A stretch of DNA of 64,000 nt from Mesotaenium endlicherianum (lineage: Eukaryota). The translations under genes and the position numbers were made by a program. Below, in pieces: positions 36,866 through 48,549 of this stretch. The notes under the pieces are model-generated. The model was not told where the DNA came from. It worked only from the letters and a program-made list of their open reading frames with translations, and did no database searches. Location of the stretch: positions 80,601-144,600 of the forward strand of contig WELA01001907.1 in NCBI GenBank assembly GCA_009602735.1, given 5' to 3'. The stretch's first letter is position 1. The number at the start of each line of letters is the position of its first letter.

Positions 36866-38344
36866 ATGGTATGGACAAGGTCTCAAACTAGCAACTCCCG
36901 AGACATGGAGAACCAGGAGAACGAGAATGTCGAAAACCAGGCGGAAAGCCATGTAGCGGGAAATCGTACCTATTCGGAAGCAGGAGCAGATACTGCAGCT
37001 AGGGAGGTTGCAGAGGAGTCAGCTGCTATTGCCTCAGTCGCAGCTCAGCAAGCTGAGGAGGAGAGAGCCAGGCTAGAAGCTGAACAAGTAGCAAAGGCCG
37101 CTGAAGATATACAAAGGAGGGAAGGACAGCCAGCTGACGAGCGCACTGTTGAAGAACTTATGGCATCAAGGGCCAATGTTCTGAACCCACCTCCTGCCGT
37201 ACAACTCAATGTACCCCTAGGTCAAATACGTGACCGGCTGAATGCGGCAGGAATTGCTGTTGCAGGGGCGAGAGGGACTGTTGAGCACACTACTCAGCGA
37301 GTAGATGCCAATGCTGCTGCTGCATTTGCTAGACTACCACCCCAGAGTGTAGACTTGGGAGCATTGTTCGTTCAGATGCAGTCGCAAATGGCGACCATGT
37401 ATCAGTCCCAGCAGGAGGACAAAAGAATCATAATGTCCCTACTCCGGGACAGAGACCAACTGGGGTCTCACACCACTAGTGGTGGTGGCCGAGGGCCTAG
37501 TAAGCCCAAGCCGAAACCTCCCCAGGAATATGATCCTGAGGGAAACAGAAAATATTACCTGATCAAGTTTCTCGCGGATGTTGAGCAGTGGCTGGAGAAC
37601 TACCCAGAACTGCAAGATTACGAGCAGGTCAGGCACACCGGTGCGCTACTGGAAGGCAATGCCGCAGACTGGTGGCTTTACTGGAAGGGAGAGTGTAAGG
37701 CTCGGCAACTCGGTGACCCTACGTGGGTAGAGTTTGTCGAGAAGTTGCATGAGAAGTTTGACGTCATCAACCAGCAGGAGAAAGCTATCTATGCGATGAT
37801 CTCCCTGACACTGAAGCAGACCACTTCAGTTGCTGAGTTTGCTCAAAAGTTCCAAGAGAACATGATGAAGCAGCCTGATTTGCCAGAACAGTATAGGATA
37901 GCATACTTCAGTTATGGCTTGAAATCCGAGGTCTCTGGTCATTTTGCTGAGAAAAAGTATGAGAAATTGGCTGACTTGATCCAGGATGCTGACGCCTGAA
38001 ATCAGCAGCAGTTCAATCACAAGCGCCAGAGTAACGCTTTGGTGTCTAAGGTTGTCAAAATGCCCCACGGTTCCTACAATGCAATTGAAGGAGACCAGGC
38101 TGAGGATACTCAGGGTGATGAATATGGGTATGAGTACAATGCTATTCAGTCTAGAGGTAGAGGTGATTCCTCTCGAGGTGGCTATGGAAGGGGTGGTGGT
38201 AGGACTAAGCCGAGACCAGCCTCAGAAAAATCCACTCGCTACCATTGTCAGCAGAAAGGCCACTACAGAGAACAGTGTCCAGTCAAGCACCTGTTAAAGG
38301 TCCAGAGAAAAGACCAGCCTTTAAAAGACAGCAACAGTCAGTAA
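36866..38344 (+). pseudogene. gag: Element D gag with one in-frame TGA (37997-37999)
   Basis: KPKPPQEY...LEGNAADWW...LKQTTSVAEF; in-frame continuation to (R)[20 protein letters not shown] slippery heptamer at 38320-38326 with pol in the -1 frame. Confidence 0.9.
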
Positions 38345-41300
38345 TCCAGTCTACTGACTGTGAGGATGCTAGAGATAGTGAGTCGTCACTAGCTGCCCTC
38401 GTAGCAGGTATTATGGGTCCTGCTGAACTGGATTCACTATGCATGCCTGACAACCAGATAAAGGAGACCATCAGCAATATGGACGTCCAGAGAGTGCACA
38501 CTCTGGATGCTCTTGTTCCACCTGATGTCAAACATTTCTTTGCTAAGTCAGGAGAACAATGCGAAAGTCAGGAAAAGACAGTCCCCCCTATCCTACTGCA
38601 TTGCATGATTGCAGGTAGGAAGGTGAGTGCATTTGTTGACGGAGGGGCGTCACATACTTTTATCCACAAGGACTTAGTTAAGCGGCTAAGGCTGCCTACT
38701 GTCACCCAAGGGAATAGAAAAATATTCCTTGGAGATGCCTCAAGTATCCCGGGAGGAGTTATAACCAAGCCTATTGAGGTCCAGTTAGGTTCTGGCATTG
38801 CAGTTCTAACTGAAACGCTTACATTTGAGGTACTCAACACTGGCTTTTATGATCTCATGCTAGGCAGGTCCTGGCTTAATAGACATCAAGCTGAAGTGTG
38901 TTGGAGCAGAGGTACAGTTAAAGTGAGAGGAGCCAGTGATGGGCAGACTGACTTGGCACCCACCAGTGCTCTTCCTCTTGTCCTGTGTGGATGGCAAATG
39001 AAGGAAAAGAAGAGGCTTCCAGAAGGATGCAAGTTGCTGAATGCAATGGAGTTCGTCAAAAGCTGGAACCAGAAGGAGGACAGAATGTTCTGTCTGCTGC
39101 TAAGAGAGGTACCTCCTCGACCTGAAGAAGTGGTTGAGAAAAAGGTAAGCCCTTCGACGCACCCTACTGCTGCAAAAATTGTTGCTCAGTACACTGATGT
39201 ATTTAATATAACTCCAGGACTACCCCCTAAAAGGGAAGTAGATCATAGGATTGATCTATTACCTCGGAGTCAGCCACCTTGGCAACGCACTTATGGCTTA
39301 TCTGATGTGGAGAGCGAGGAGTTGAAAACACAGATTGCAGAGCTTGAGGAAAATGGTTATATTTCTCCCAGTAAATCACCTTACGGCGCACCCATCCTAT
39401 TTGTTAAGAAAAAGGATGGCAGTATGCAAATGTGTGTGGATTACAGAGCCCTGAACAGAATTACAGTAAAGAACAAGTATGCTTTACCCAGAATCGAGGA
39501 CTTGCTTGATACCCTGTCTGGTGCTAAGGTGTTCAGTAAGATAGATCTCAAGAGTGGTTATCATCAAATCAGAATTGCTGAGGGGGATGAACACAAGACT
39601 GCCTTCCGCACACGTTATGGACACTATGAGTTCAACGTGATGCCATTTGGACTGACTAATGCTCCTGCTACCTTCATGGGTGCTATGAATGACATTTTCA
39701 GACCTTATTTGGATAAGTTTGTGCAAGTTTTCCTGAATGATATTTTAATTTTCTCAAAAAATGAAGCTCAGCACGCTGAACACTTAAAGACAGTCCTGGA
39801 CACTCTAAAAACGAATCACTTATATGCTAAAATGAGCAAGTGTGATTTCTTTAAGGAAAGTATTGAATTCTTAGGCCACGTTGTCAGTAAAGAGGGCATC
39901 AGTGTGGATCCTAAGAAAGTCCAGACCATAAGGGACTGGCCAGTACCTCAGTCGGTCTCTGAAGTTCGATCCGTCCTCGGGTTGGCTAACTACTATAAGA
40001 GATTTATTGAGAACTATTCCACAAAGGCCAGTAAACTGACTGACCTTACTAAGAAAGACATCGGGTATGTGTGGGGGGAAGAGCAGCAGGCTGCCTTCCA
40101 GACCCTTAAAGATGCCCTTTGTTCTGCCCCAGTGCTAGCCGTGTATGACCCCAGCAAACCGGTGCAGGTGGTTACTGATGCCTCTGATTTTGCCATGGGT
40201 GCTATTTTGTTGCAGCCTGCTGACAAAACCACAAAGGATGGTAAGGTACGGCAGGAGTGGCATCCTGTGTTGTATGAGTCTATGAAATTTAATCCAGCGG
40301 AGATTAATTACTCAGTGCATGATAAAGAGCTGCTAGCTATCATTCATGTACTCAAACAGTGGAGAGCATACTTACATGGTAAAGCTTTTAAGGTGATTAC
40401 AGATCATCTAGCTCTGACCCACTTTCAGAAGAAGTCCAAGCTGTCGAGGAGGGAGAACCGCTGGAGCCAGATGCTGGAGCAGTTCCAAGTCCAGATCGAC
40501 TACAAACCAGGGAAGTTGAATCCTGCTGATGCACTCTCTAGAAGACCTGACTTGCAAGAAAGGAACTTTAGTCAGCATGCTGTAGATAAAGTCCTGTGTG
40601 CACTCACTTCACTAAAGGTGAAAAAGTCCTTCCTTGAACAACTTAGGAAAGCCTACCTTTCTGACCCAACATTTGAGCCCAGCCCCACTACTGGTATGTG
40701 TCGTGCTACCGCACTCGGGTATAAGCTCAAGGGAGGGGTCTGGGTGACTGAAACCACTTCAGGCAGGCTGAAGCTGGTCATTCCTAATAATTTGGAAATA
40801 AGGTCTCTCTTACTGAGTCAAGCTCATGACAGTCTCCTGGGTGGACATTTGGGGCAGGCCAAAACTGTTGGCAAACTGGCAAAACATTATCATTGGGAGG
40901 GGTTACCCCGGGAGGTCTTGAAATATGTCAAGTCCTGTGACCAGTGTCAGAGAAATAAGTCTCGGCACACACCACCCGGAGGTCTCTTGCAACCGCTACC
41001 CATCCCAGCGGGACGCTGGGAAACTATATCCATGGACTGGGTGGTCTCACTACCAAGAACTGCCAACGGGCATGATTCAATACTGGTAGTCGTGGATAAA
41101 CTGACAAAAATGGTCATTTTTATCCCCACAACTGTCAAAGTGACTGCACTCGAAACAGCGAGACAGTTTTACAACCATGTAGTATGCCAACATGGGCTCC
41201 CTTCTAATATCATCTCAGACAGAGACTCAAAATTCACCTCTAAGTTCTGGAGAGCTTTAATGGGGTTAATGGGAGTCAAACAGCTGCTCAGCACAGCAAA

Positions 41301-42129
41301 CCACCCTCAGACTGATGGGCAGACTGAAAGAACTAACCGAGTTCTGCAGGAGGTGCTGAGAGCATATATTAACCAAAAACAAGATAATTGGGATGACCTG
41401 TTGCCTCAAATTCAGTTTGCGGTCAACAGTGCGGTGCACGCGTCAACGGGCAAAACTCCTTTTGAACTCAGCCTGGGTAGAGTCCCTAAGTCTCCTCTAG
41501 ATGTGCTAGGGGAATCTTTAACTCACCCTGAAGGGATTGACAACCCGGTCTCCCTCCAGTTAACTCAGGAGTTTGCTGACACCCTGTCAGAAGTCCAACG
41601 AAACTTGCACACGGCCCAAGAAAACCAACAAAAATACGCTAATCAACACCGTCGGGAACTGACATTTTCCAAGGGGGATTTAGTCAAACTGCATTCTCAG
41701 CACCTGTACCTCCCTGGTGTGGTCAAGAAAAAGCTTGGCCCTGTCTGGGTCGGTCCATATTCGGTGGTCCGTCGTGTCGGTCAGAATGCTTACAAACTGA
41801 ACATGTCAGCTGAATACAAGGGGCACCCGGTCTTTAATGTCTCCTTCCTGGAACCGTACATCAAAGGTGATACACTGTTCACAGGTCGGTTCCCTGTCCA
41901 ACCGGGACCGGTCCCCGCTGTCCGGGACGGCGACCCTGAGGAATATGAGGTCGATGAGATTTTAGACGCTCGCTCGGTCCGTCGATCGTCTAAATATGTC
42001 ATGAAATACCTCATTCGATGGAAGGGTTACGATGCCTCTGGGGACACTTGGGAGTTTAAGGACCACTTGACCAATGCCAAAGGGGCGTTGACACGGTTCC
42101 ACCTTCGGGCCGCTGGAGTCCCTCCATAA
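38245..42129 (+). CDS. pol: Element D Pol: PR-RT-RH-IN-chromodomain (open, RT motif FLND)
   Basis: [51 protein letters not shown]...[16 protein letters not shown]. Confidence 0.95.
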   Translation: MSAERPLQRTVSSQAPVKGPEKRPAFKRQQQSVIQSTDCEDARDSESSLAALVAGIMGPAELDSLCMPDNQIKETISNMDVQRVHTLDALVPPDVKHFFAKSGEQCESQEKTVPPILLHCMIAGRKVSAFVDGGASHTFIHKDLVKRLRLPTVTQGNRKIFLGDASSIPGGVITKPIEVQLGSGIAVLTETLTFEVLNTGFYDLMLGRSWLNRHQAEVCWSRGTVKVRGASDGQTDLAPTSALPLVLCGWQMKEKKRLPEGCKLLNAMEFVKSWNQKEDRMFCLLLREVPPRPEEVVEKKVSPSTHPTAAKIVAQYTDVFNITPGLPPKREVDHRIDLLPRSQPPWQRTYGLSDVESEELKTQIAELEENGYISPSKSPYGAPILFVKKKDGSMQMCVDYRALNRITVKNKYALPRIEDLLDTLSGAKVFSKIDLKSGYHQIRIAEGDEHKTAFRTRYGHYEFNVMPFGLTNAPATFMGAMNDIFRPYLDKFVQVFLNDILIFSKNEAQHAEHLKTVLDTLKTNHLYAKMSKCDFFKESIEFLGHVVSKEGISVDPKKVQTIRDWPVPQSVSEVRSVLGLANYYKRFIENYSTKASKLTDLTKKDIGYVWGEEQQAAFQTLKDALCSAPVLAVYDPSKPVQVVTDASDFAMGAILLQPADKTTKDGKVRQEWHPVLYESMKFNPAEINYSVHDKELLAIIHVLKQWRAYLHGKAFKVITDHLALTHFQKKSKLSRRENRWSQMLEQFQVQIDYKPGKLNPADALSRRPDLQERNFSQHAVDKVLCALTSLKVKKSFLEQLRKAYLSDPTFEPSPTTGMCRATALGYKLKGGVWVTETTSGRLKLVIPNNLEIRSLLLSQAHDSLLGGHLGQAKTVGKLAKHYHWEGLPREVLKYVKSCDQCQRNKSRHTPPGGLLQPLPIPAGRWETISMDWVVSLPRTANGHDSILVVVDKLTKMVIFIPTTVKVTALETARQFYNHVVCQHGLPSNIISDRDSKFTSKFWRALMGLMGVKQLLSTANHPQTDGQTERTNRVLQEVLRAYINQKQDNWDDLLPQIQFAVNSAVHASTGKTPFELSLGRVPKSPLDVLGESLTHPEGIDNPVSLQLTQEFADTLSEVQRNLHTAQENQQKYANQHRRELTFSKGDLVKLHSQHLYLPGVVKKKLGPVWVGPYSVVRRVGQNAYKLNMSAEYKGHPVFNVSFLEPYIKGDTLFTGRFPVQPGPVPAVRDGDPEEYEVDEILDARSVRRSSKYVMKYLIRWKGYDASGDTWEFKDHLTNAKGALTRFHLRAAGVPP

Positions 42130-42396
42130 CTGTCATTTCAGTTGACACGGGAAGGTGACAGGCGGTCCTGTCTCCATTTAAGTTGGAGGGGAAAATATAT
42201 GACAGTTAGTGAGCGAGAGCGATAAAAACACACTCATACGTTTATGTGTAGCGCATCGCAACTACGTCAACTTTTAGCAATCATCCTGTAAGGTAAACAG
42301 CAGCGAAGCCACTATACTAAATACTAACATACTTCCTGCAATCCCTATGACAAAGGTCCATATCCTACTAACTTGTGCCCTGGTTACATGTGCAGG

Positions 42397-44073
42397 ATGG
42401 CGCCCACCACACAAAAGGAGGACAGAAAGCGCAAGGCAGAAGAAGCCAGGAGGACAATGGAGCAATACCAGAAGGAGCTGGCGGCGACGTCCCTCACCAG
42501 GAGAGAACAAGAAAGGGTCCGCAAACAACAAGAGGCGGCAGAAGAGGCACAGAGGAAGAAGGATCAGGAAGCGGAAAACCTCAGGAAGGCTGAGGAGGAG
42601 AGACAGAAGAAACAGCAAGAAGAAGCGGCAGCGGCAGAAGAGGAGAAAAGAAAAAAGATTGAAGCGGACAGACAGAAGAGCTTGGCCACTTACAGGTATA
42701 CTGTGGTGGGTGGCCAAAACTTCGATAACCTGAAGGAAGCATTGCTGGCAGCCCAGGAGATCAACAGGCTGGAACAGACAACACTGCTACAGAAGGAAGG
42801 AGCTACAGCACTGGACAGGTACATCGAGACACACACCGGCGTGGTCCTTTACGAAGATTATGCTAAGATGGTGGGCTATACAGCAGAGCAGGCCCGGTAT
42901 CTCGCAGATGATTCAGAGGACAAGCCGGTCCCCATACCGGGAATAGTGGGAGATCAGAGACTCATCCGGATGGTGAGCATGCGGCCCGATAGCTTTAAGG
43001 ATACGGTATTCTACCTCACACTCCTGCCAGCTTACAATGAAGTTGAGAGAAGGAGCTGGGAGTACTTGGCCAGGGAAGCAGGACAGCAGATGTTCTCTCC
43101 CCACTGGTTCCCGTGTAAACTGAGGAAGGCTGAGCACGGACCCCAGTACTACCAGCAGCCAACAGACTGGAGGTGGATGACCGTCACAAATAAGAAGCAG
43201 GAGTGTGACCGAGCCCAACCGGATGACTTCCACTATGGCCTAGACGGCTATCTCATCCTACCACCTCACATTGCCCCTTGGGACCCCAGGCTGAATGGAT
43301 GCCTGAGCAATATGAATGCAGAGACCAAGGAACATAGGAGGAGGGGAAGAGACTACTTCTCTAAGGGAAAGCATGCCTTTGTCAAATGGGCAAAGAATGC
43401 AGGCCGGATAGATATCAGTAGGCTGAAGGCCAAGCAACCTCCAGCGCGCCCTAAGAAAGGGAGGTCGGTAGACTACTCCATGTCTACTAGGGAGCAGGAC
43501 GACTTAGTGGACGAGACCCCTACTCTCTCCGAGGAGGAGGATGAGGAGGATGAGGAAGAAGAACAAGGCAGAGGAGAAGCATCAGCAGCAGGTACTCAGG
43601 ATACCCAGGGAGAGGCAGTGGCACTTCCTAAAGAACCACGATCAGGTGTGTGGAATGTGATCCCCGTTATGGCGACAACTGGACCCCGCGCTCGCTCCCC
43701 CAGCCCACCTGCCCAAGCAGGGGAAGAAGCTGATCTGACTGTACTGGGCAGCAGACACAGGCAGAAATCCCCAGAGGACAGGGGTGCCAGAAGAGGGACA
43801 CGCGGGTGGGCCAGAGGTATGCCAGCCTCCCCCTCCGCTCAGGGGCATGTACCTCTAGCCAATGTATTTCAGCATCCTACTGGAATGCCTGTCTATGTGG
43901 GAATCAACACCCAAATAGTTGAAGAGCAGGCCACCATCCTCCGTTCTCCTCGAGGGCCAACTTTAGAGCAAACAGGGTTCTTTAGAAGGCCAGCTGACAG
44001 ACCTAGAGGGCTGTCCAGATCTAGGTCCAGATCTCCGTCCCCTGATCCTGAAGCCCCAGGAACCACCCCTTAA
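42397..44073 (+). CDS. Extra sense ORF (about 558 aa) of element D, function unknown
   Basis: Uninterrupted ORF between pol and the 3' LTR: charged E/K/R helix, aromatic-rich globular core, acidic and SR-rich tail. Confidence 0.8.
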   Translation: MAPTTQKEDRKRKAEEARRTMEQYQKELAATSLTRREQERVRKQQEAAEEAQRKKDQEAENLRKAEEERQKKQQEEAAAAEEEKRKKIEADRQKSLATYRYTVVGGQNFDNLKEALLAAQEINRLEQTTLLQKEGATALDRYIETHTGVVLYEDYAKMVGYTAEQARYLADDSEDKPVPIPGIVGDQRLIRMVSMRPDSFKDTVFYLTLLPAYNEVERRSWEYLAREAGQQMFSPHWFPCKLRKAEHGPQYYQQPTDWRWMTVTNKKQECDRAQPDDFHYGLDGYLILPPHIAPWDPRLNGCLSNMNAETKEHRRRGRDYFSKGKHAFVKWAKNAGRIDISRLKAKQPPARPKKGRSVDYSMSTREQDDLVDETPTLSEEEDEEDEEEEQGRGEASAAGTQDTQGEAVALPKEPRSGVWNVIPVMATTGPRARSPSPPAQAGEEADLTVLGSRHRQKSPEDRGARRGTRGWARGMPASPSAQGHVPLANVFQHPTGMPVYVGINTQIVEEQATILRSPRGPTLEQTGFFRRPADRPRGLSRSRSRSPSPDPEAPGTTP

Positions 44074-44186
44074 GGTGACAGGCTGAAAAGATAGTCAGTA
44101 AGGGAGGCTGGTCAGGGTCAGTTTCTTTATTTAAAGCTTTTGCAGTTTAATGTTGTCGAGGCGACAACAAGTTAAGTTGGAGGGAT

Positions 44187-44905
44187 TGTAATGAATCAGT
44201 ATATTAGTGGATATAATATTCATTTAAATATAATAGTTAATTAAGTTCAGCCTGCTGAACTTTAGTTAATAGTCAGTCTGCTGGACTTTACATAATTATC
44301 AGTTTAATGACTCGGCCAGAAGCAGCAGGCTGAAGTCAACTTAAGTCAGCTTGCTGACACATTCTTTGACAGCCAGCTGACTTCCGTACTCGGTAGCAGC
44401 GAACTGCCTTGATATGCATCTAAGTGCGATATGCTAGATGAATAGCCAGATGACATCCCTATGATGGATGGCTATTCGGGATGATGGGAGATGGCGGTGG
44501 ATTTGGTTAACCGAGGTCCTACCAACGTGGTTAACTCCCGGGTAGGCGGTGCCATCGCACTGACCGTTGAACAGTAAACTCATTCCATGTACATATGCTA
44601 GGCATTGCTCTCGAGTTCGGCATTCGGAAACGAGGCCAACTCTCTTGTACAGCTTACTGAGAGAGATCTGAATCCAAGGCGAGAAGCCATTGATACGCAC
44701 TGTCTTCTAACCTTGCTTATGTATGAGTTTACTGATTTGCATCATTGATGCTAGTTTACTCGCATTTGACTTACGAGTATTATTCCCTGCTAGTGTATTG
44801 TCCTTTGCCGTTAAACCAGTTAACGGAAATACCATAAAGATTACTTGCTGATATAAAGATCTTTATTAATTGTTAATCGCCTAATTGGTAAGACGATTCA
44901 TTTCA
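44187..44905 (+). repeat. 3' LTR of element D
   Basis: Direct repeat of 35818-36538, followed by TSD TGTGT. Confidence 0.97.
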
Positions 44906-46880
44906 TGTGTGCACCGTTGACGAACATGTTGAAGAAGCAGGAGAAGTGGCTATGGGGTGACAAGGAGCAGCAAGCCTTTGAGAAGATTAAGGAGCTGTTG
45001 ACACAGGCACCTGTGTTGGCAATTGCCAGTCTAGAGCTTCCTTTCACCATCATCACGGACGCATCAAACTTTGCAGTGGGGGCCATTCTTCTCCAGGACC
45101 AAGGCGAAGGACTGCAACCTGTGGGCATATAAGAGCAGGAAGCTGAGTCCTGCTGAGCAAAATTATGCAGCACACGAGCGGGAGATGTTGGCTATTATCC
45201 AGACTTTGAGGATTTGGCGATGTTATGTGGACGGCCGGAAGGTGTTCATCAAGATCGACCACAAGAGCTTGGAGAAGTTCATGACGCAGCCAACGTTGAC
45301 ACCAAGACAAGCAAGGTGGATGGAGTTTCTGCAACAGTTCGACCACAAGATTGAGTACTTACCTGGGAAGATCTACCCTCCAGACGCTTTATCCAGGAGG
45401 TGCGACCTTGCAGCTGTCTCAACCATCAAGGAGAGTATAAACTTTAACGAGAAGCTTCAATGAGGTTATGAGGAGGACCCAGAGTTTGCTGATCGTGGAG
45501 CAGCTGAGTCCAACTCGAGTATGCTAAAGGACGGCATATGGTATTATGGTGATTCCAAGAGAGTGGTAGTACCTGACATCAAGGAGCTACGAGACTTACT
45601 ACTTGCGGAGCATCATGATTGCTTATATGCTGGACACTTTGAAAGCGAGAAGACGGCAAGCGTGCTGAAGCAAGAATACTTTTGGAGTAATATGGACAAG
45701 GACATCGAAGAGTGGATCAGGAGTTGCGATGCGTGCCAGCGTAACAAGACACCAAATCAAAAGAAGGGAGGTACATTGCACCCCCTACCTATTCCAGAGT
45801 ATCCTCGGGAGCAGATTGCTATGGACATCATCACATCTTTACCGGTGAGTGGTCAAGGGCACGATGCAGTATGGGTTGTGTCTGATCGGCTCAGCAAGAT
45901 GGCACAGTTCATTCCCATGAAAGAGACTTGTACGGCAGCAGATGTGGCACGGCTATTCTTTGATCATATTTTCAGGCTACATGGGTTGCCGAAGGTGATT
46001 GTTTCAGATCGGGATCCGAGATTTACTAGCAACTTTTGGCAGTCATTGTTTACTTTGATGGGGACCAAGCTGAGTATGAGCACTTCTTATCATCCTCAAA
46101 CCGACGGGCAGAGTGAGAGGCTCAACAGAACTCCGCAAGAGGTGCTCAGGAGTTTCACTATGGAGGACCCTTCAGAGTGGGACAAGAAGCTGCCGGGGTT
46201 GGAGTTTGCCTACAACAACAGCATGCAAGGATTGACCAAGCAGTCACCATTCACCATGACTTATGGGAGAGAAGTATATCATCCAGGGAACATCTTGTTG
46301 GAGAAGGCCAAGGAGACCCAGGTTCCTACTACACAAGCGTTTATGGAGCAGATGGCCACGACTTGGGATATGGCAAGAACGTGTATTCAAAAGGCACGGG
46401 AGGAACGAGTCAAGCATGCCAACAAGCACACGAGGGAAGTGACATTCCATGTGGGAGACAAAGTACTCTTATCGACAGAGAACCTACCTTTCACAGGCAA
46501 GAGGAAACTGCGGACACGGTTTACAGATCCCTTTGTGGTACTCAAGCAGGTTAATCCGGTGACCTACAAGTTGGAACTTCCTTCAGGCTAACGTATCCAT
46601 GATGTGTTTCATGTCAGTTGATTGCGGCAATACGTTGACTCGAACGAAGGACATCCAAGACGACTACCTACACCGCAACCACCGGTCAAGATCGATGATG
46701 TATTGGAGTATGAAGTGGAGGCGATTGTCGGCGATCGACGAGTCAAGCGAGCTCAAAGACTTGTTCAAGAGTAACGGGTCAAGTGGAAAGGCTACCATGC
46801 CGACGACAACACTTGAGAGCCAGAGGCCAACTTGACTCATTGTAAGAGTAAGTTGAGACGTTATCTACAGAATGCGTCGA
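44906..46880 (+). pseudogene. pol: Element C pol, 3' part (RH, IN, chromodomain)
   Basis: TDASNFAVGAIL, EREML, HH..GH...C..C, IAMD, SDRD, QSER, EYEVEAIVG...KWKGY; several stops and frameshifts. Confidence 0.92.
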
Positions 46881-47405
46881 GGACGTTGCATCTTCAGGAG
46901 GGGGATGATGTAAGGTCATAGGTTTATAAAGTGCAATTTTTAGTTTCATGAAAGTATGTTTTGATTGTTTAGAAGTGTAGAGTGCATTTTCGTGATCATT
47001 TTGGTATAGAGTTCATCAAATTTGGTCAAGTATTGAGAGAGTTATGGATTTTCGAAGTTTAATTAGTTTTGAGGTCGGTTGACAACTGTCCTTAATTTGC
47101 GGTGAGGGCGACCGTTGGATTGACCGACAGCGTTAACACTAGGTATCCCATCGGACCATATATGGTCTAGCTAACCCCCATTTTTCAGCGCTGACCTCCA
47201 GGGTGCTACAGTTGACCAACTGGTACAAATGATGGCTCAAACGAACCGTACAGACTTGAACCTTAGGCGAAAAAATGCAAAATGGTCTTCCGATTATTAA
47301 CGACAAAGTTAGAGTGAAAAGAAGGAGGTTCAAAGTTCAGGTTCACAACAAAATTTCGAGTGAAAAGTCTGTCATACCCGAGGTCACTAAAGAGCTCTTA
47401 GAGCC

Positions 47406-47984
47406 ATGACTTCTTCTTCAAATGCGCCAAAAATAGTTGTGGGTCGTAAATTACTCATCCCTGCCACCTTCTGGGGAGATGCATGGGCGAAAAAGACATT
47501 TGGACAGTATTACATAGAGTTTTTCTTAGTCGGAATTGTGAGAAAAGAGGTTGTGAGGACTAAAAAGGAAAACTCATGGCTCATAGAAGTGTTGTATGAC
47601 AAAGAAAAGAAGCAATGGGAGGCATGGCAGGTCAGGCAGTACCTATCTACAGTGCCTGAAGAGTCCTGGTTTTATTTCGAGCCGCATGTAGTTCGTTTTG
47701 GCTTGGTTTCCTCAAGGGCCTCTTTGCTTTCAAATTCGAGGGAGAATGAGGGTCACAGTCTAATTTCGTCCTCCCAAGATCCAAATGATGACTCACAGCC
47801 AAGGTCTAGTGATGGTGAGGAGGATAAGGAGGATGAGGAGGAAGAGGAGGAGGAGGAGGAGGAGGAGGATATTATGAGGAAGAGGGGCAGGCCTGACACC
47901 GGAAGAGGTAAGCAGCTGATGCTCATTGTTCCTACTTTTAAAAATGAGAAAAAGAAGAGGAGGAGAAGGGCAACTGCTCCATAA
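47406..47984 (+). pseudogene. piggyBac transposase N-terminal part (unknown domain plus acidic tract)
   Basis: ATG-initiated 192-aa ORF inside the TIRs with poly-E and a basic segment. Confidence 0.6.
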
Positions 47985-47999
47985 CCATAATTTCTCCTT

Positions 48000-48549
48000 A
48001 ACCATAACTTCTCCAAACATTGTGGTGCACTACAAAACACACAAAGACGCTGTTGATCAATTTTACAAGCTCTGTGTGAGAGATAAGTTCTTTGTCGAGA
48101 CTTCTGCTGTGAGCTTAAAGTGGTGGCACAAACTATATTGGGGTCTATTTGATGCTGCCCTGGCCGATGCCTACATCCTCTACAACCTGGCCCATCCTGA
48201 GAGTGACAGGTATCCCTTCATGTTAGATGTTGTAGCGGAGATGACAGACTTCCATGATCCACATAAGGGGAGGCGCTTTCGCTGGAGTGCGGGGAGGGCT
48301 GGGATTGACAGGTTCCTAGGGAGACACTTCCCTAAGCACCTTCCAGGAGGCTCTAGACCAGGATGTGTAGTGTGCAAGAGCAAGTTGTATGACCTAGGCC
48401 ATGAGAAGAGTAAGGTGAGGCCTAGCTATTGGTGCGCAACGTGTGGAGTAGCGCTTTGCCCCGCGCCTTGCTTTGAGGAGTACCATACCAACAGGCACAT
48501 AGCACATGTAGATAGTGGCCCCTACAAGCTGAGTAGCAGTAAGAAGTAG
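48000..48549 (+). pseudogene. piggyBac transposase C-terminal part
   Basis: PNIVVHY...AVD...KWWHKLYWGLFDAALADAYILY, then Cys-rich CVVC...YWCATCGVALCPAPCFEEYH. Most of the catalytic core is missing. Confidence 0.88.

Larger units (their letters stand above)
35818..44905 (+). mobile_element. Element D: Ty3/Gypsy chromovirus with an additional 3' ORF, nested in C pol
   Basis: LTRs 35818-36538 and 44187-44905, perfect TSD TGTGT, PBS 36540-36551, PPT 44174-44186. Removing D restores C pol AKVCAPLT. Confidence 0.97.

Noticed and set aside
36528..37109. Tandem duplication of LTR end + PBS + gag start (about 290 bp) in element D
   Set aside because: The copies are joined exactly at an NNN scaffold break (36817-36819) and differ at several sites. 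Most likely overlapping contig ends from different paralogues or haplotypes, not biology.
42397..44073. Retroviral envelope gene
   Set aside because: No signal peptide, fusion peptide or transmembrane segment visible.
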